DNA of 64,000 bases from a bacterium (GTDB taxonomy: Bacteria; Bacteroidota; Ignavibacteria; Kapaibacteriales; UBA7675), in assembly GCA_030430495.1 (NCBI GenBank), contig JAUIKM010000001.1:202447-266446 (forward strand). Direction: 5' to 3'. Every line of letters starts with the position of its first letter. The first letter of the stretch is position 1. The notes beneath the pieces were generated by a model. It was not told where the DNA came from. It did not search any database and saw only the letters and a program-made list of their open reading frames with translations. Below, in pieces: positions 1-9,722 of the stretch. The position numbers and the translations under genes were made by a program.

Positions 1-840
1 CGCAGGCATGGTCGCGGGCCAGGGAGCGATCAGAGTCGTACACTCTGCCACAATCTCAGTCGCAAATATTGCCGTGCGCCAGGGAGCGATCAGAGTCGTG
101 CACTCAGCCGCACACTCAATCGCAAATATTGCCGTGCGCCAGGGAGCGATCAGAGTCGCACACACTGCGGCAATCTCAGCCGCACACTCAGCCGCAAATA
201 TTGTCGTGCGCCAGGGAGCGATCAGAGTCGCACATACTGCCACAAACTCTGCCGCAGGTATTGTCGTGCGCGAGGGAGCGATCAGAGTCGTGCACTCAGC
301 CGCACACTCAATCGCAAATATTGCCGTGCGCCAGGGAGCGATCAGAGTCGCACACACTGCGGCAATCTCAGTCGCACACTCAGCCGCAGGTATTGTCGTG
401 CGCGAGGGAGCTATCAGAGCCGCACACACTGCCACAAACTCAGCCGCAAATATTAACGTGCGCCAGGGAGCTATCAGAGTCGCACACTCTGCCGCACACT
501 CAGCCGCAAATATTGCCGTGCGCGAGGGAGCGATCAGAGTCGTGCACTCAGCCGCACACTCAGCCGCACACTCAGCCGCACACACTGCCGCACACTCAGC
601 CGCACACTCAGCCGCACACTCAGCCGCAAATATTAATATGCGCCAGGGAGCGATCAGAGTCGCACACACTGCGGCAATCTCAGCCGCAAATATTGCCGTG
701 CGCCAGGGAGCGATCAGAGTCGCACACTCAGCCGCAGGTATGGTCGTGCGCCAGGGAGCGATCAGAGTCACACACTCTGCGGCAATCTCAGGCGCAAGCA
801 TTGTCGGGTGCAAAGGAGCGATCGAAAACTCTCAACGTAT
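1..840. repeat. Higher-order tandem repeat running to the window edge: a conserved ~34-nt core (aatattgccgtgcgccagggagcgatcagagtcg) alternating with variable numbers of a 12-nt sub-repeat (cgcacactcagc and variants)
   Basis: Direct reading. The core recurs about 14 times at spacings of 60 nt or more. The intervening segments are built from 12-mer units. Some are identical to each other (tgcactcagccgcacactcaatcgca at 99-124 and 291-316), so they are not unique spacers. Confidence 0.8.
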
Positions 841-1261
841 CTGCATTCAGAGTCGCAAGCATCGTCGCACGCAAACCTGCAATCATTCTCTCTCAATTAC
901 AGCTGCAAAAAATGGCCGCATGCTGTGCCGAAAACGATCAGGCATCCTGATCAACGACGTGAAGTACACCGCTGCATCCAGGCTCCAAAGCTTGCCACTG
1001 ACTTCCGGCGAATCCAATCAAAACATTCAAAGCGCGCGCTGCAACTCACAATCTGCTGCTGCGGGGCGATCAATTTTGCGCGCGGAGCCCCGCCATTGCA
1101 GCGTCCGGCTGCTGCGCTTGTGTGATAATACCGTATTTATCACTATACTTGTAGGCCGTGATGCGAATTAAAGTCGAAGCTGCGATGATGCAAGACCTGT
1201 TGATTGACAACCTCTTGGCGCGCGACCTTCACGGTCCTCTGTATACTCTGAATCTGGAAGT

Positions 1262-4054
1262 ATGAGCAAAACACGGAAAAAAAGCGACGTCGCCGATACC
1301 GGTAAAGACGCCGCGGTCGAAGATTCTCCCGCCGATCAAACCCCAACCAAACGAACCAGCAAACGCACCGCAGCCAAAAAGGCGCCGAGCGCGGCGTCCA
1401 AACGCGCCGCTGCAAAAGCGGACGACGGCGACGCAGTTGAAAAAGCTCCGCCCAAAAAGCGCAAAGCCGCTCCGCGCAAAAAAGCTGCCGCCAAAGCGCC
1501 AGCCAAGGCCAAGGCTGCTGCAACCGACTCCAAATCCCGCTCTGCAAGCGAGGTTAAGGACGCGCAGGATGAACTGTTCGGCGCTGGTGAATCGAGCGGT
1601 ACAAACAAAAAAGCCACGCCTGCACGGAAAAGCAGCACACGCCGCAAAGCTCCGGCCAAAAGCACTGCCGCCAAAGAAAAGCCGGCCGTAGCTGAAACCG
1701 CTGCCGACTTGGACGACAGCGCTGCGGAGACGCCGAAACCCAAAGCCAAACGCGCACCGCGCAAAGCCGCCCCGAAAGCGAAAGCCGCGCCCAAAAAAGC
1801 CGCGAGCCGAGCGAAAAAAGCTGAACCAGCCGACGTCGATACGGCCGATGCTGCCGAGAGCGCCGAGGAAACGCCCGCTAAAGCACCCGCCAAAAAACGT
1901 CCGGCCGCAAAGTCCAAAGCCGCGAGTACGTCCCGCAGCCGCAAGAGCAGCGCCAAAACCGCGCCGCAAGAGACGCCGGACGAAGCGCCCGAAGCCGCTG
2001 TGACCGAAAGCGATGAAGCCGAAAGCGCACCGAAACGCAGTACGCGTCGCAAAGCCGCGCCGAAAAAGTCTCCGGCTAAAACGACAAAAGACAAAGCGGT
2101 CGAAGAAACCGCGGCGATCGAAGCGGAACAGGCTGAAAGTGCGGGCGACGGCGAATCCGACGAACAGGCCGATCAAAGCCAAACCAGATCGCGTCGCTCA
2201 GGCCGTGGACGCCGTGGCGGCCGAGGTCGTCGTGGTGGAGAACGTTCCGAAGAGCGGGAAGCCGCCGGAGACGATCAACGCGACGAAGAGCAGGACCAGG
2301 ACAAAGAACAGCGCAAACCGCTGCGTCGCAAAGGCGAAGTAGATCCGAAAAAAGACGAGGCCGAGGGAGGCGAAGATTCAGCTCCCGAGCAAGCTCCCGC
2401 GCGCAAAAAATACGACCACGGTTTTGGCGAAATCGATCTGCGTCCGCAGTTGAATGAATCCGGCCCGGATGAGTCGGTTAACACGCTGGACGAGATCGAA
2501 TTGGACGAGCTGCCGCCGCGTATGCGCCAGGCCGTCGAAAACTTCGGCTGGGACAGTCTGATGCCGGTCCAGAGCCGCTCGATTCCCTACATGTTGGCGG
2601 GTCGCGACCTGATGGTGCAATCCAAAACGGGCAGCGGTAAAACGGCGGCATTCCTGCTGCCGATTCTCGAGCGAATCGATACCTCGCTGCCGCAGTGCCA
2701 GGCACTGGTGCTTGTGCCGACGCGCGAGCTGGCGCACCAGGTTGAAACGGAAGCACAGACCCTGGCGCAGGGACTTGGCGTTCGCATTGTCGCCGTCTTC
2801 GGCGGCGTCGGCTACGGCTCGCAGTTGCAGGCTTTCCGCGAAGGAGCGCAGCTCGTCATCGGAACGCCGGGACGCATTCTGGATCACATGCTGAAGCGCT
2901 CGCTGACGCTCGAAGCGCTGCAGATGCTGGTGCTGGACGAAGCCGATCACATGCTGTCGATGGGTTTTTATCCCGACATGAAACGCGTGCAGACCTTCCT
3001 GCCGCGCAGCAACTACAACGCCTACATGTTTTCGGCCACCTTTCCGCCGCGCGTGGTGCGCCTTTCCGACGAATTTCTTTGGAAGCCCGATTTTGTTAGT
3101 CTCAGCAAAGATCAGGTTCACGCCATCCAGACTGAGCACGTCATTTACGCCGTGCCGGACATGGACAAGGACCGCAGTTTTGTCAGGATTCTCGAAATCG
3201 AAAACCCGGCCAACGCCATTATTTTCTGCAACACCAAGGTCCAGGTCAACTACGTGGCCGTTGTGTTGCAGCGTTTTGGTTTCGACGCGGATGCGCTCAG
3301 TTCCGACCTGTCGCAGGGCGAACGCGAGCGTGTGCTGTCGCGCGTCCGTGCCGGCAATCTGCGCTTTCTGGTAGCCACGGATGTGGCGGCGCGCGGGATT
3401 GATATTCCCGAGCTCTCGCACGTATTTCAGTTCGACGTACCGGAAGATCCCGAGTCTTATATCCACCGTTCGGGCCGCACGGGCCGCGCCGGATCGACGG
3501 GACGCGCCATTACGCTGGCCGACTTCCAGGACCGCATCAAACTCGAGCGCATCGGCGCGCGTTATCAGATTGAATTTGTGGAGCGCCCGCTGCCGACGGA
3601 TGACGACATCGCCACGGTGGTGTCGCAGCGCGTCACGGTGCTGCTGGAATCGCGTTTCCGTTCGCGCGACAATGTGCAGCTCGAAAGTCTGGAGCGCTTC
3701 ACTAAACTGGCGGCAGCACTCGGCTCCGACGAAGACGGCTCGCGCCTGCTGGCAATGATGCTCGACGACTTCTATAAGTTTTCGCTGCATACGCCGCCGC
3801 CGCCACGTCGCGGCCGCGACGACCGACGTCAGGAGCCTCGCTCCGGCGGCGGACAACAGGACGCCCCGCGCGACCAGTACGCCGAGCAGGCGGAACAAGC
3901 CGAACAGGAGCATGACACCGACCGTGAGCGGGACCAGGACCACGACAATCGCGACGGCGGTGGAGATCGTCGCGACGGCGGCGGAGATGGTCAGGGCGGT
4001 CGCGGTCGAGGCGGACGTCGACGCCGCGGAGGCAGGAGACGGCGGAGGAACTAG
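1262..4054 (+). CDS. DEAD-box ATP-dependent RNA helicase (DeaD/RhlE-like) with ~370-aa N-terminal K/A/P-rich histone-H1-like low-complexity extension and C-terminal RGG/RD-rich tail
   Basis: Motifs in the translation: SKTGSGKTAAF (Walker A), PTRELA, VLDEADHM (DEAD), FSATFP (SAT), HRSGRTGRAG (motif VI). The N-terminus is made of AAKKAP/KRKAAPRKK repeats. The C-terminus is GGRGRGGRRRRGG. Confidence 0.9.
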   Translation: MSKTRKKSDVADTGKDAAVEDSPADQTPTKRTSKRTAAKKAPSAASKRAAAKADDGDAVEKAPPKKRKAAPRKKAAAKAPAKAKAAATDSKSRSASEVKDAQDELFGAGESSGTNKKATPARKSSTRRKAPAKSTAAKEKPAVAETAADLDDSAAETPKPKAKRAPRKAAPKAKAAPKKAASRAKKAEPADVDTADAAESAEETPAKAPAKKRPAAKSKAASTSRSRKSSAKTAPQETPDEAPEAAVTESDEAESAPKRSTRRKAAPKKSPAKTTKDKAVEETAAIEAEQAESAGDGESDEQADQSQTRSRRSGRGRRGGRGRRGGERSEEREAAGDDQRDEEQDQDKEQRKPLRRKGEVDPKKDEAEGGEDSAPEQAPARKKYDHGFGEIDLRPQLNESGPDESVNTLDEIELDELPPRMRQAVENFGWDSLMPVQSRSIPYMLAGRDLMVQSKTGSGKTAAFLLPILERIDTSLPQCQALVLVPTRELAHQVETEAQTLAQGLGVRIVAVFGGVGYGSQLQAFREGAQLVIGTPGRILDHMLKRSLTLEALQMLVLDEADHMLSMGFYPDMKRVQTFLPRSNYNAYMFSATFPPRVVRLSDEFLWKPDFVSLSKDQVHAIQTEHVIYAVPDMDKDRSFVRILEIENPANAIIFCNTKVQVNYVAVVLQRFGFDADALSSDLSQGERERVLSRVRAGNLRFLVATDVAARGIDIPELSHVFQFDVPEDPESYIHRSGRTGRAGSTGRAITLADFQDRIKLERIGARYQIEFVERPLPTDDDIATVVSQRVTVLLESRFRSRDNVQLESLERFTKLAAALGSDEDGSRLLAMMLDDFYKFSLHTPPPPRRGRDDRRQEPRSGGGQQDAPRDQYAEQAEQAEQEHDTDRERDQDHDNRDGGGDRRDGGGDGQGGRGRGGRRRRGGRRRRRN

Positions 4055-4128
4055 GCCGCAAAACGCCCGGTTGTTTTTCCGCAATACGCGTGTTGCAAGA
4101 ACTCCGGAAATTGAATCTTTCAATTACA

Positions 4129-4157
4129 CAAGAGCCGCTGTTTAACAGCGGCTCTTG
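4129..4157. terminator. Perfect 12-bp hairpin (caagagccgctg-ttta-acagcggctcttg) followed by a T-rich tract; bidirectional terminator between convergent genes
   Basis: Inverted repeat read directly. It lies 75 nt after the helicase stop and downstream of the minus-strand small ORF. Confidence 0.6.
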
Positions 4158-4191
4158 TAGTTTTAAACTATGTGTTGAGTTCGTGGAGTTT

Positions 4192-4419
4192 TCACTCCTC
4201 ACACGGGCACACCCGCCCCGGGGCGCTGCGCCAGAACGTCCGCTCCGGCTCCGAGCCGCCGGCCGGAATCACAACCTTGATGCAGGCCGAATCGTTGTCG
4301 CAGGGGTTTTCGTCGTCGTCCGAGCAGGAGGGAGCCAGACCGATAATCATTAAACAAAGCAGCGACCACATCGCCGCTCGCAGACTGAGTGTGTTGGACT
4401 TGAACTTAAACACCGGCAT
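4192..4419 (-). CDS. Hypothetical small secreted/lipoprotein-like protein (75 aa)
   Basis: N-terminal hydrophobic segment followed by Cys (LLCLMIIGLAPSC), then an acidic Cys-containing tail. No family recognised. It could be spurious. Confidence 0.3.
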   Translation of the reverse strand: MPVFKFKSNTLSLRAAMWSLLCLMIIGLAPSCSDDDENPCDNDSACIKVVIPAGGSEPERTFWRSAPGRVCPCEE

Positions 4420-4464
4420 TCAGTTGTTTTGTTGTGCGATTCTGTTAACATGCTCCACGCAAAC

Positions 4465-5130
4465 CTAAAGCCCGGAGCCGCCGCGCTGTCGGCGCAGCAC
4501 TTCCCGCAGTCCCTCTTCGACTTCCTCGCGCGGCAGTCCGCCGGCGGTGAGTTCCGCGTCGTCGAGGCGCAGCATGCGATAGTAAAACTGTTCGGCGGCT
4601 TGCGGTGCACCTTCCACGTCGCGGTCGAGCAGCATAAAGAGAGCGTCTTCCGCCCGGGCGAATTTACGTCCTTTTTCGAACAAAAAAGCCGCCGCTTCGG
4701 CTACGGCCAGTGTCCAGCGCGCAAGGGGAAGTGATTCCAGGACCACGAGCGCGCGGTACAGTGATTTTGTATCGGCAAACTCGGGATCGCGACGCATGGC
4801 CGCGGCGTAGAGTTCGATGCTCAGACGCCTCAGGTGGTCGGAGCGGTCGACGCGGCCGCTGTTCAACAGGTTTTCCGCCATAAACGACCAGATTTCAGCG
4901 GCGACGAGCGCCTTGCCCGCACCCTCCGCGCTGTCGCTGAAAATTTCCAGCAGATCCATGCCGTCAAGCCTTTCCGCAAAGCCGGCTTCCAGGCCCGTGT
5001 AACGCAGGAACAGGCCCTCCAGATCCTGCATCACATCGAAGTCCCGCTCGCTCTGATTGCGGTTGATCAGGCGCGCCAACTCCTGCGCAAAACGCGTAAA
5101 CATACGGACGACATAGTCGCGCTCGAACAT
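4465..5130 (-). CDS. Hypothetical protein (221 aa, predicted all-helical), no family recognised
   Basis: ORF with genome-typical codon usage, divergent from fbpA. No recognisable motifs. Confidence 0.5.
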   Translation of the reverse strand: MFERDYVVRMFTRFAQELARLINRNQSERDFDVMQDLEGLFLRYTGLEAGFAERLDGMDLLEIFSDSAEGAGKALVAAEIWSFMAENLLNSGRVDRSDHLRRLSIELYAAAMRRDPEFADTKSLYRALVVLESLPLARWTLAVAEAAAFLFEKGRKFARAEDALFMLLDRDVEGAPQAAEQFYYRMLRLDDAELTAGGLPREEVEEGLREVLRRQRGGSGL

Positions 5131-5310
5131 GGTAAAAATCCCTTCCCGGCTTTGCAGGCAACGCTTTTGAACTCATGCAACGAATGTACCGGTTCCGGCG
5201 TGGATTCAGCCGCTTTTTTTCCTCGCTACAATTCGCTAATTTGGATTTGGTTCAAATAAGCTTTTGTGATTGCCGGCCCTCCGCTGCCGGCAGATTTGTA
5301 AGGATTAACT

Positions 5311-6351
5311 ATGTTTCGTCGTTATCTCATCCTGTCGCTCGCGATTGGTTCGGGCCTCATTTTCTTCGCGTGCGGTGCCGAACAAAAAGAAGCCGAGCCG
5401 ATGGAGGAAGCAGCAGAACAAACTGCCCTTGAGTCCGGCATTGTCAACGTCTACACACATCGCCATTATCCGGCCGACAAAGAGCTGTACGCCGAGTTCA
5501 CCAAACAAACCGGTATCGAAGTCAACGTCGTATCCGCGGGAGCCGATGAGCTGATCAAACGCCTGGAAACGGAGGGCGACAAAAGCCCGGCCGACCTGCT
5601 GATTACCGTTGACGCCGGTCGTCTGCATCGCGCGATGGCGCTCGGTCTGCTGCAACCGGTTTCGACGCCGACGCTGCAGGAAAACGTACCGGCACATCTG
5701 CGCGACAAGGACAATAACTGGTACGGCCTGACCGTGCGTGCGCGCATCGTAGCTTATGCGCCGGATCGCGTAGATCCGAAGAAGCTGGAAACCTATTCGG
5801 CCCTGGCCAACAAAGAGTGGAAAGGCAAGCTGCTTGTCCGTTCGTCCTCGAACGTCTACAACCAGTCGCTCATGGCTGCCATGATTGAACACAAGGGCGC
5901 GGACAAAGCCGCCGAATGGGCCAAAGGCATCGTCGATAATATGGCGCGCACTCCGGCGGGCAACGACCGCGATCAGATCAAAGGTATTGCGGCCGGCCTG
6001 GGCGATATCGCCGTCGTCAACTCGTACTACTACAACATGATGCAGCATTCCGACGACGAAGCGGAGCGCGAAGCGGCCTCGAAAGTTGAAATCACCTTCC
6101 CGCATTTTGATGGCGGCGGCATTCACATCAACGTCAGCGGCGCGGGCGTGACCAAAAGCGCGGCGAACGCCGAAAACGCAATCAAACTGCTGGAATTCCT
6201 GACGTCCGAAGCCGCACAGCGCAAATTCGCGGAAGCCAACTTTGAGTATGCCCTGAAAGACGACATTAAATACGACGGCATCTCGCTTGGTAAACTCGGC
6301 GAAAACAATGAAAAAGCCGTGATGATCTTCGATCAGGTCGGGTGGAAGTAA
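5311..6351 (+). CDS. fbpA: Fe3+ ABC transporter periplasmic substrate-binding protein (FbpA/AfuA/FutA family)
   Basis: Signal peptide with Cys (LIFFAC). Blocks align to Haemophilus FbpA: VNVYTHRHY ~ VYNGQHK, EGDKSPADLLIT ~ EGDKTPADVFYT, EWKGKLLVRSSSN ~ KWKGKIGYVSTSG, VVNSYYYNMM ~ LINNYYWYNL. Confidence 0.85.
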   Translation: MFRRYLILSLAIGSGLIFFACGAEQKEAEPMEEAAEQTALESGIVNVYTHRHYPADKELYAEFTKQTGIEVNVVSAGADELIKRLETEGDKSPADLLITVDAGRLHRAMALGLLQPVSTPTLQENVPAHLRDKDNNWYGLTVRARIVAYAPDRVDPKKLETYSALANKEWKGKLLVRSSSNVYNQSLMAAMIEHKGADKAAEWAKGIVDNMARTPAGNDRDQIKGIAAGLGDIAVVNSYYYNMMQHSDDEAEREAASKVEITFPHFDGGGIHINVSGAGVTKSAANAENAIKLLEFLTSEAAQRKFAEANFEYALKDDIKYDGISLGKLGENNEKAVMIFDQVGWK

Positions 6352-6384
6352 GCGGCGCACGGCGCGGCATCACGGGCTCCGGGT

Positions 6385-8082
6385 ATGCAGCAACACTCCG
6401 TTCGCGGAACCAATTCGTCTGAAAAGCCGACAAACAGGGAAGGCTCCCGCTCCTGGCGACACATGATCCGTCCCGGGAGACATGCGCGTTCCTGGTTTGT
6501 AAGCACGGCCCTGCTCGTGATTGCCGTCTCAATGCCGGCAATCTACGTGGCGCTGCACGTATTCGGCGGCTCCAACCCCGTCTGGGACCACCTGGCCGCC
6601 ACGGTGCTGACCGACTATATCGTCAACACGTTCATTCTGATGCTGGGCGTCGCCGTTCTGGTGACGCCCGTCGGCGTGCTCTGTGCCTGGCTGATTTCGG
6701 CTTACGATTTTCCGGGGCGCGCCTGGCTGGAATGGGCGCTGGTACTGCCGCTGGCCATGCCCGCCTACATCACCGGCTACGCCTGGTCGGGAATTTTTGA
6801 ATACGGCGGACCGGTTGACTCGCTGGCCGCATTCCTGGGTTCTGGTTCCTCGCTCGGGATCGACATTTTCTCCGTTTATTTCCTCGCTGCGCTGTTTGCA
6901 TTTGTCCTGTATCCCTACGTCTACCTTGTGGCGCGCAGCTCCTTTGCGCGTCAGTCGGCCGGATTGATCGAGGCGGCGCGTTTGACGGGCGCCGGCAATT
7001 GGGAAGTGTTTCGTCGCGTGGCGATGCCGCTGGCGCGTCCCGCGGTGGCCGGCGGTCTGGCGCTCTGCCTGATGGAGGTGCTGAACGACTACGGCGCGGT
7101 TAAATACTTCGGCGTTTCGACCTTCACGACCGGGATATTTCGCGCGTGGTTTGCCCTGGGCGACACGGGCGCCGCCGTTCGCCTTGCCGCCGTCCTGATG
7201 CTCTTTGTCTTTGTTTTGATCGTGCTGGAACGCCGCGGTCGCGCGCGAACAGCCGTCTCATCATCCGCCACAATGCGCCGTCAGACTCTGCGGGGAAAAA
7301 AGGCCCTTCTGGCCCTGATTTTCTGTTTAGTCCCGCTTTCGCTCGGATTTGTCTTTCCCGTAGTGCGACTGTTGACCTGGGCCTGGCGCACGGCGTCCGA
7401 TGTGTTGGACCTGCAGTTTGTCTATCTGGTGCTCAACAGTTTTGCACTTGCGCTCGGCAGCGCGGTTCTGTGCTGTGCCGCGGCGATCTTGGTGCTGTAT
7501 ACGGCGCGCCTGCAGCGCACGCGCCTGGCCGGTTTCCTGGCGCAGAGCGCCACACTCGGTTATTCGATTCCTGGAGCGGTCATTGCCGTCGGCGTCATGA
7601 CGCCCTTTGCGGCCATCGACCACGGAATCGACGGTCTTGTGCAGTCGCTCACCGGCAGCGGAACCGGACTTCTGTTGAGCGGCACGCTGATTGCGTTGTT
7701 GTATGCCTATTTATCGCGTTATCTTGCGGTGGCTTTTCAGCCTGTCGACGCCGGATTTGAGCGCACGGCCGCGTCGATGGACGAAGCCGCGCGTTCGCTT
7801 GGCGCTTCGCCCTTGCGTGCTTTGCTGCAGATCAACATTCCGATGGTGCGCACGGCCATCCTCAGCGCAATTATCCTGGTCTTTGTCGACGTGCTCAAGG
7901 AATTGCCTCTGACGCTGATTTTACGTCCGTTTAACTTTGAAACGCTGGCGACGCGCGCCTTTGAATTCGCCGGCAACGAACAACTGGCGGAGGCGGCCAA
8001 TCCGGCTCTGCTGATCGTAGCCGTCGGCGTCATTCCCATCGTTTATCTCAATCGTCTCATGAATGCAAAACAGGCGCGATGA
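6385..8082 (+). CDS. fbpB: Fe3+ ABC transporter permease, fused double-membrane-domain type (FbpB/FutB-like)
   Basis: 565-aa polytopic membrane protein with two repeated permease halves. Located between the fbpA-like and fbpC-like genes. The true start may be the internal ATG near 6463 (MIRPGRH...). Confidence 0.8.
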   Translation: MQQHSVRGTNSSEKPTNREGSRSWRHMIRPGRHARSWFVSTALLVIAVSMPAIYVALHVFGGSNPVWDHLAATVLTDYIVNTFILMLGVAVLVTPVGVLCAWLISAYDFPGRAWLEWALVLPLAMPAYITGYAWSGIFEYGGPVDSLAAFLGSGSSLGIDIFSVYFLAALFAFVLYPYVYLVARSSFARQSAGLIEAARLTGAGNWEVFRRVAMPLARPAVAGGLALCLMEVLNDYGAVKYFGVSTFTTGIFRAWFALGDTGAAVRLAAVLMLFVFVLIVLERRGRARTAVSSSATMRRQTLRGKKALLALIFCLVPLSLGFVFPVVRLLTWAWRTASDVLDLQFVYLVLNSFALALGSAVLCCAAAILVLYTARLQRTRLAGFLAQSATLGYSIPGAVIAVGVMTPFAAIDHGIDGLVQSLTGSGTGLLLSGTLIALLYAYLSRYLAVAFQPVDAGFERTAASMDEAARSLGASPLRALLQINIPMVRTAILSAIILVFVDVLKELPLTLILRPFNFETLATRAFEFAGNEQLAEAANPALLIVAVGVIPIVYLNRLMNAKQAR

Positions 8083-9152
8083 TCAATCCGCAGTTGAGTA
8101 TTGTCGAGTTTAATGGCGTTACCAAGCGCTACGTCACATCCGAAGCTCCGGCGGTGAACGAGGCCACGTTTTCCATTCAGCGCGCCTGCATCACGGCTCT
8201 GCTGGGCGGCAGCGGCAGCGGCAAAAGCACCGTCCTGCGCCTGCTGGCCGGTCTGGAAACGCCCGAAGCGGGATCGATAGTGCTGGCCGGAAATACCGTC
8301 AGCGACGGCCGGACTTTTGTCCCGCCCGAGAAGCGCAACATCGGCCTGGTATTTCAGGATTACGCGCTTTTTCCGCATCTGACGGTTAAACAAAACATTG
8401 AATTTGGTCTGGGTAAAAAGAGTAAACAGGATGGGCAACGCGCCCGCTCCATGCTTGAGCTTGTTGAACTCGATCAACTGGGACATCGTTATCCGCACGA
8501 GCTGTCCGGCGGGCAGAGACAGCGGGTGGCGATTGCACGTGCGCTGGCGCCGCAGCCGGATATCCTGTTGCTCGACGAGCCGTTTTCCAACCTGGACGAT
8601 GCGCTAAAAGCGCATGTGCGCCGCGATTTGACGCGTATTATTCGCACGGCCGAGATGACCGCCGTCTTTGTCACGCACGACGTCCGCGATGTCTTTGCCG
8701 CCGCAGATCGACTGATTGTTCTGGACGATGGACATGTGCGCCAGGCGGGCCGTCCCGACGAGGTGTACCAACAACCGGCCAATCCCGGCGTTGCCCGCAT
8801 TTTTGGCGAAACGACAATCATCAAAGCGCAGTCCCACGGCAACATGGCGCATACCGCCTTTGGCGAAATTGATCTCGGCGTGCCGGAAATCCCCTCCAAC
8901 ATGTTAATCTGTTTAAGACCGGGCGATCTGCAAATTGCCGCGCAAACCGAATCGGGTTTACAGGCCGTTGTTGAATGCACGACCTTTTTTGGCATGTACA
9001 ACGAGCTATTGCTGCGTTTAACACCCGCCGATTCAACGACGGAGCCCGTCCATCTCACTCTTCCACTGTCCTGCGACGAATCATATTCTCCCGGCGCCCG
9101 ACTGACGCTGACGCGGGCAGTGCGACGCATCCACTTCTGGCCGGCCGACTGA
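8079..9152 (+). CDS. fbpC: Fe3+ ABC transporter ATP-binding protein with C-terminal TOBE-like domain (FbpC-like)
   Basis: GGSGSGKST Walker A, LSGGQRQRVAIARAL signature, LLLDEPFSNLD Walker B. The start overlaps the permease stop (ATGA). Confidence 0.9.
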   Translation: MINPQLSIVEFNGVTKRYVTSEAPAVNEATFSIQRACITALLGGSGSGKSTVLRLLAGLETPEAGSIVLAGNTVSDGRTFVPPEKRNIGLVFQDYALFPHLTVKQNIEFGLGKKSKQDGQRARSMLELVELDQLGHRYPHELSGGQRQRVAIARALAPQPDILLLDEPFSNLDDALKAHVRRDLTRIIRTAEMTAVFVTHDVRDVFAAADRLIVLDDGHVRQAGRPDEVYQQPANPGVARIFGETTIIKAQSHGNMAHTAFGEIDLGVPEIPSNMLICLRPGDLQIAAQTESGLQAVVECTTFFGMYNELLLRLTPADSTTEPVHLTLPLSCDESYSPGARLTLTRAVRRIHFWPAD

Positions 9153-9722
9153 GACTGAATCGTTGTCGGGACAGGGACTGTAACATTCTCACAAAGGCAT
9201 CGCCGCTATTTCATGCGCGGCTCTTTTCTTTTTGTTCGTCACGCAGATAGAAGTGACAAGCATGACAAACAGGAGTACTTCTTGCAGATGATCTGTCAAC
9301 GCCAGGTCTGCATCAAACAAAACTGTCACCGGGTGCGGAGTCGGTTTTTGAGTATTATCATCAATTCGGATTCGATTATTTCCGAAACCACCTGAATGGT
9401 TTCAAGTCCCTGTTAACTTCGAACGCCACGCGGTCGGCGGATCAAAGTTTGAGACACCGTACTTTCAAAGACAAACCCACTGTCTGATCACATTGGACAC
9501 CGGCCTGCATTGCACATTCATTCGGTGATCTCGTTCAACTGCTCTCGGATTGCGATGCAAACATGGTTTGCCGATTGTCCGCGCCGGCGCCGGCTTCCGA
9601 GCGACAACTGAGCAGGCGCTGTATCCAAATCCGCAATAGAAATCATCGATTGAGAATCCTCTGGCGCCAATAGGTACTTCACCGCTCCGAACGCAAATCA
9701 ACGAAAATCCGACCGTTCAGAG

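Noticed and set aside
1-840. CRISPR array
   Set aside because: The inter-core segments are not unique. Several are identical (99-124 = 291-316) and all are composed of the same 12-nt sub-repeat. Their lengths vary from 26 to about 100 nt. No cas genes are nearby.
8-1171. 387-aa ORF (and the overlapping 69..950 ORF) as a real repeat-protein gene
   Set aside because: In every frame the repeat uses codons that the convincing genes of this window avoid (AAT, ATT, ATA, TCA, AGA, AGG, CGA). The ORF is simply a stop-free reading of a tandem repeat. Kept only as a low-probability alternative in the finding.
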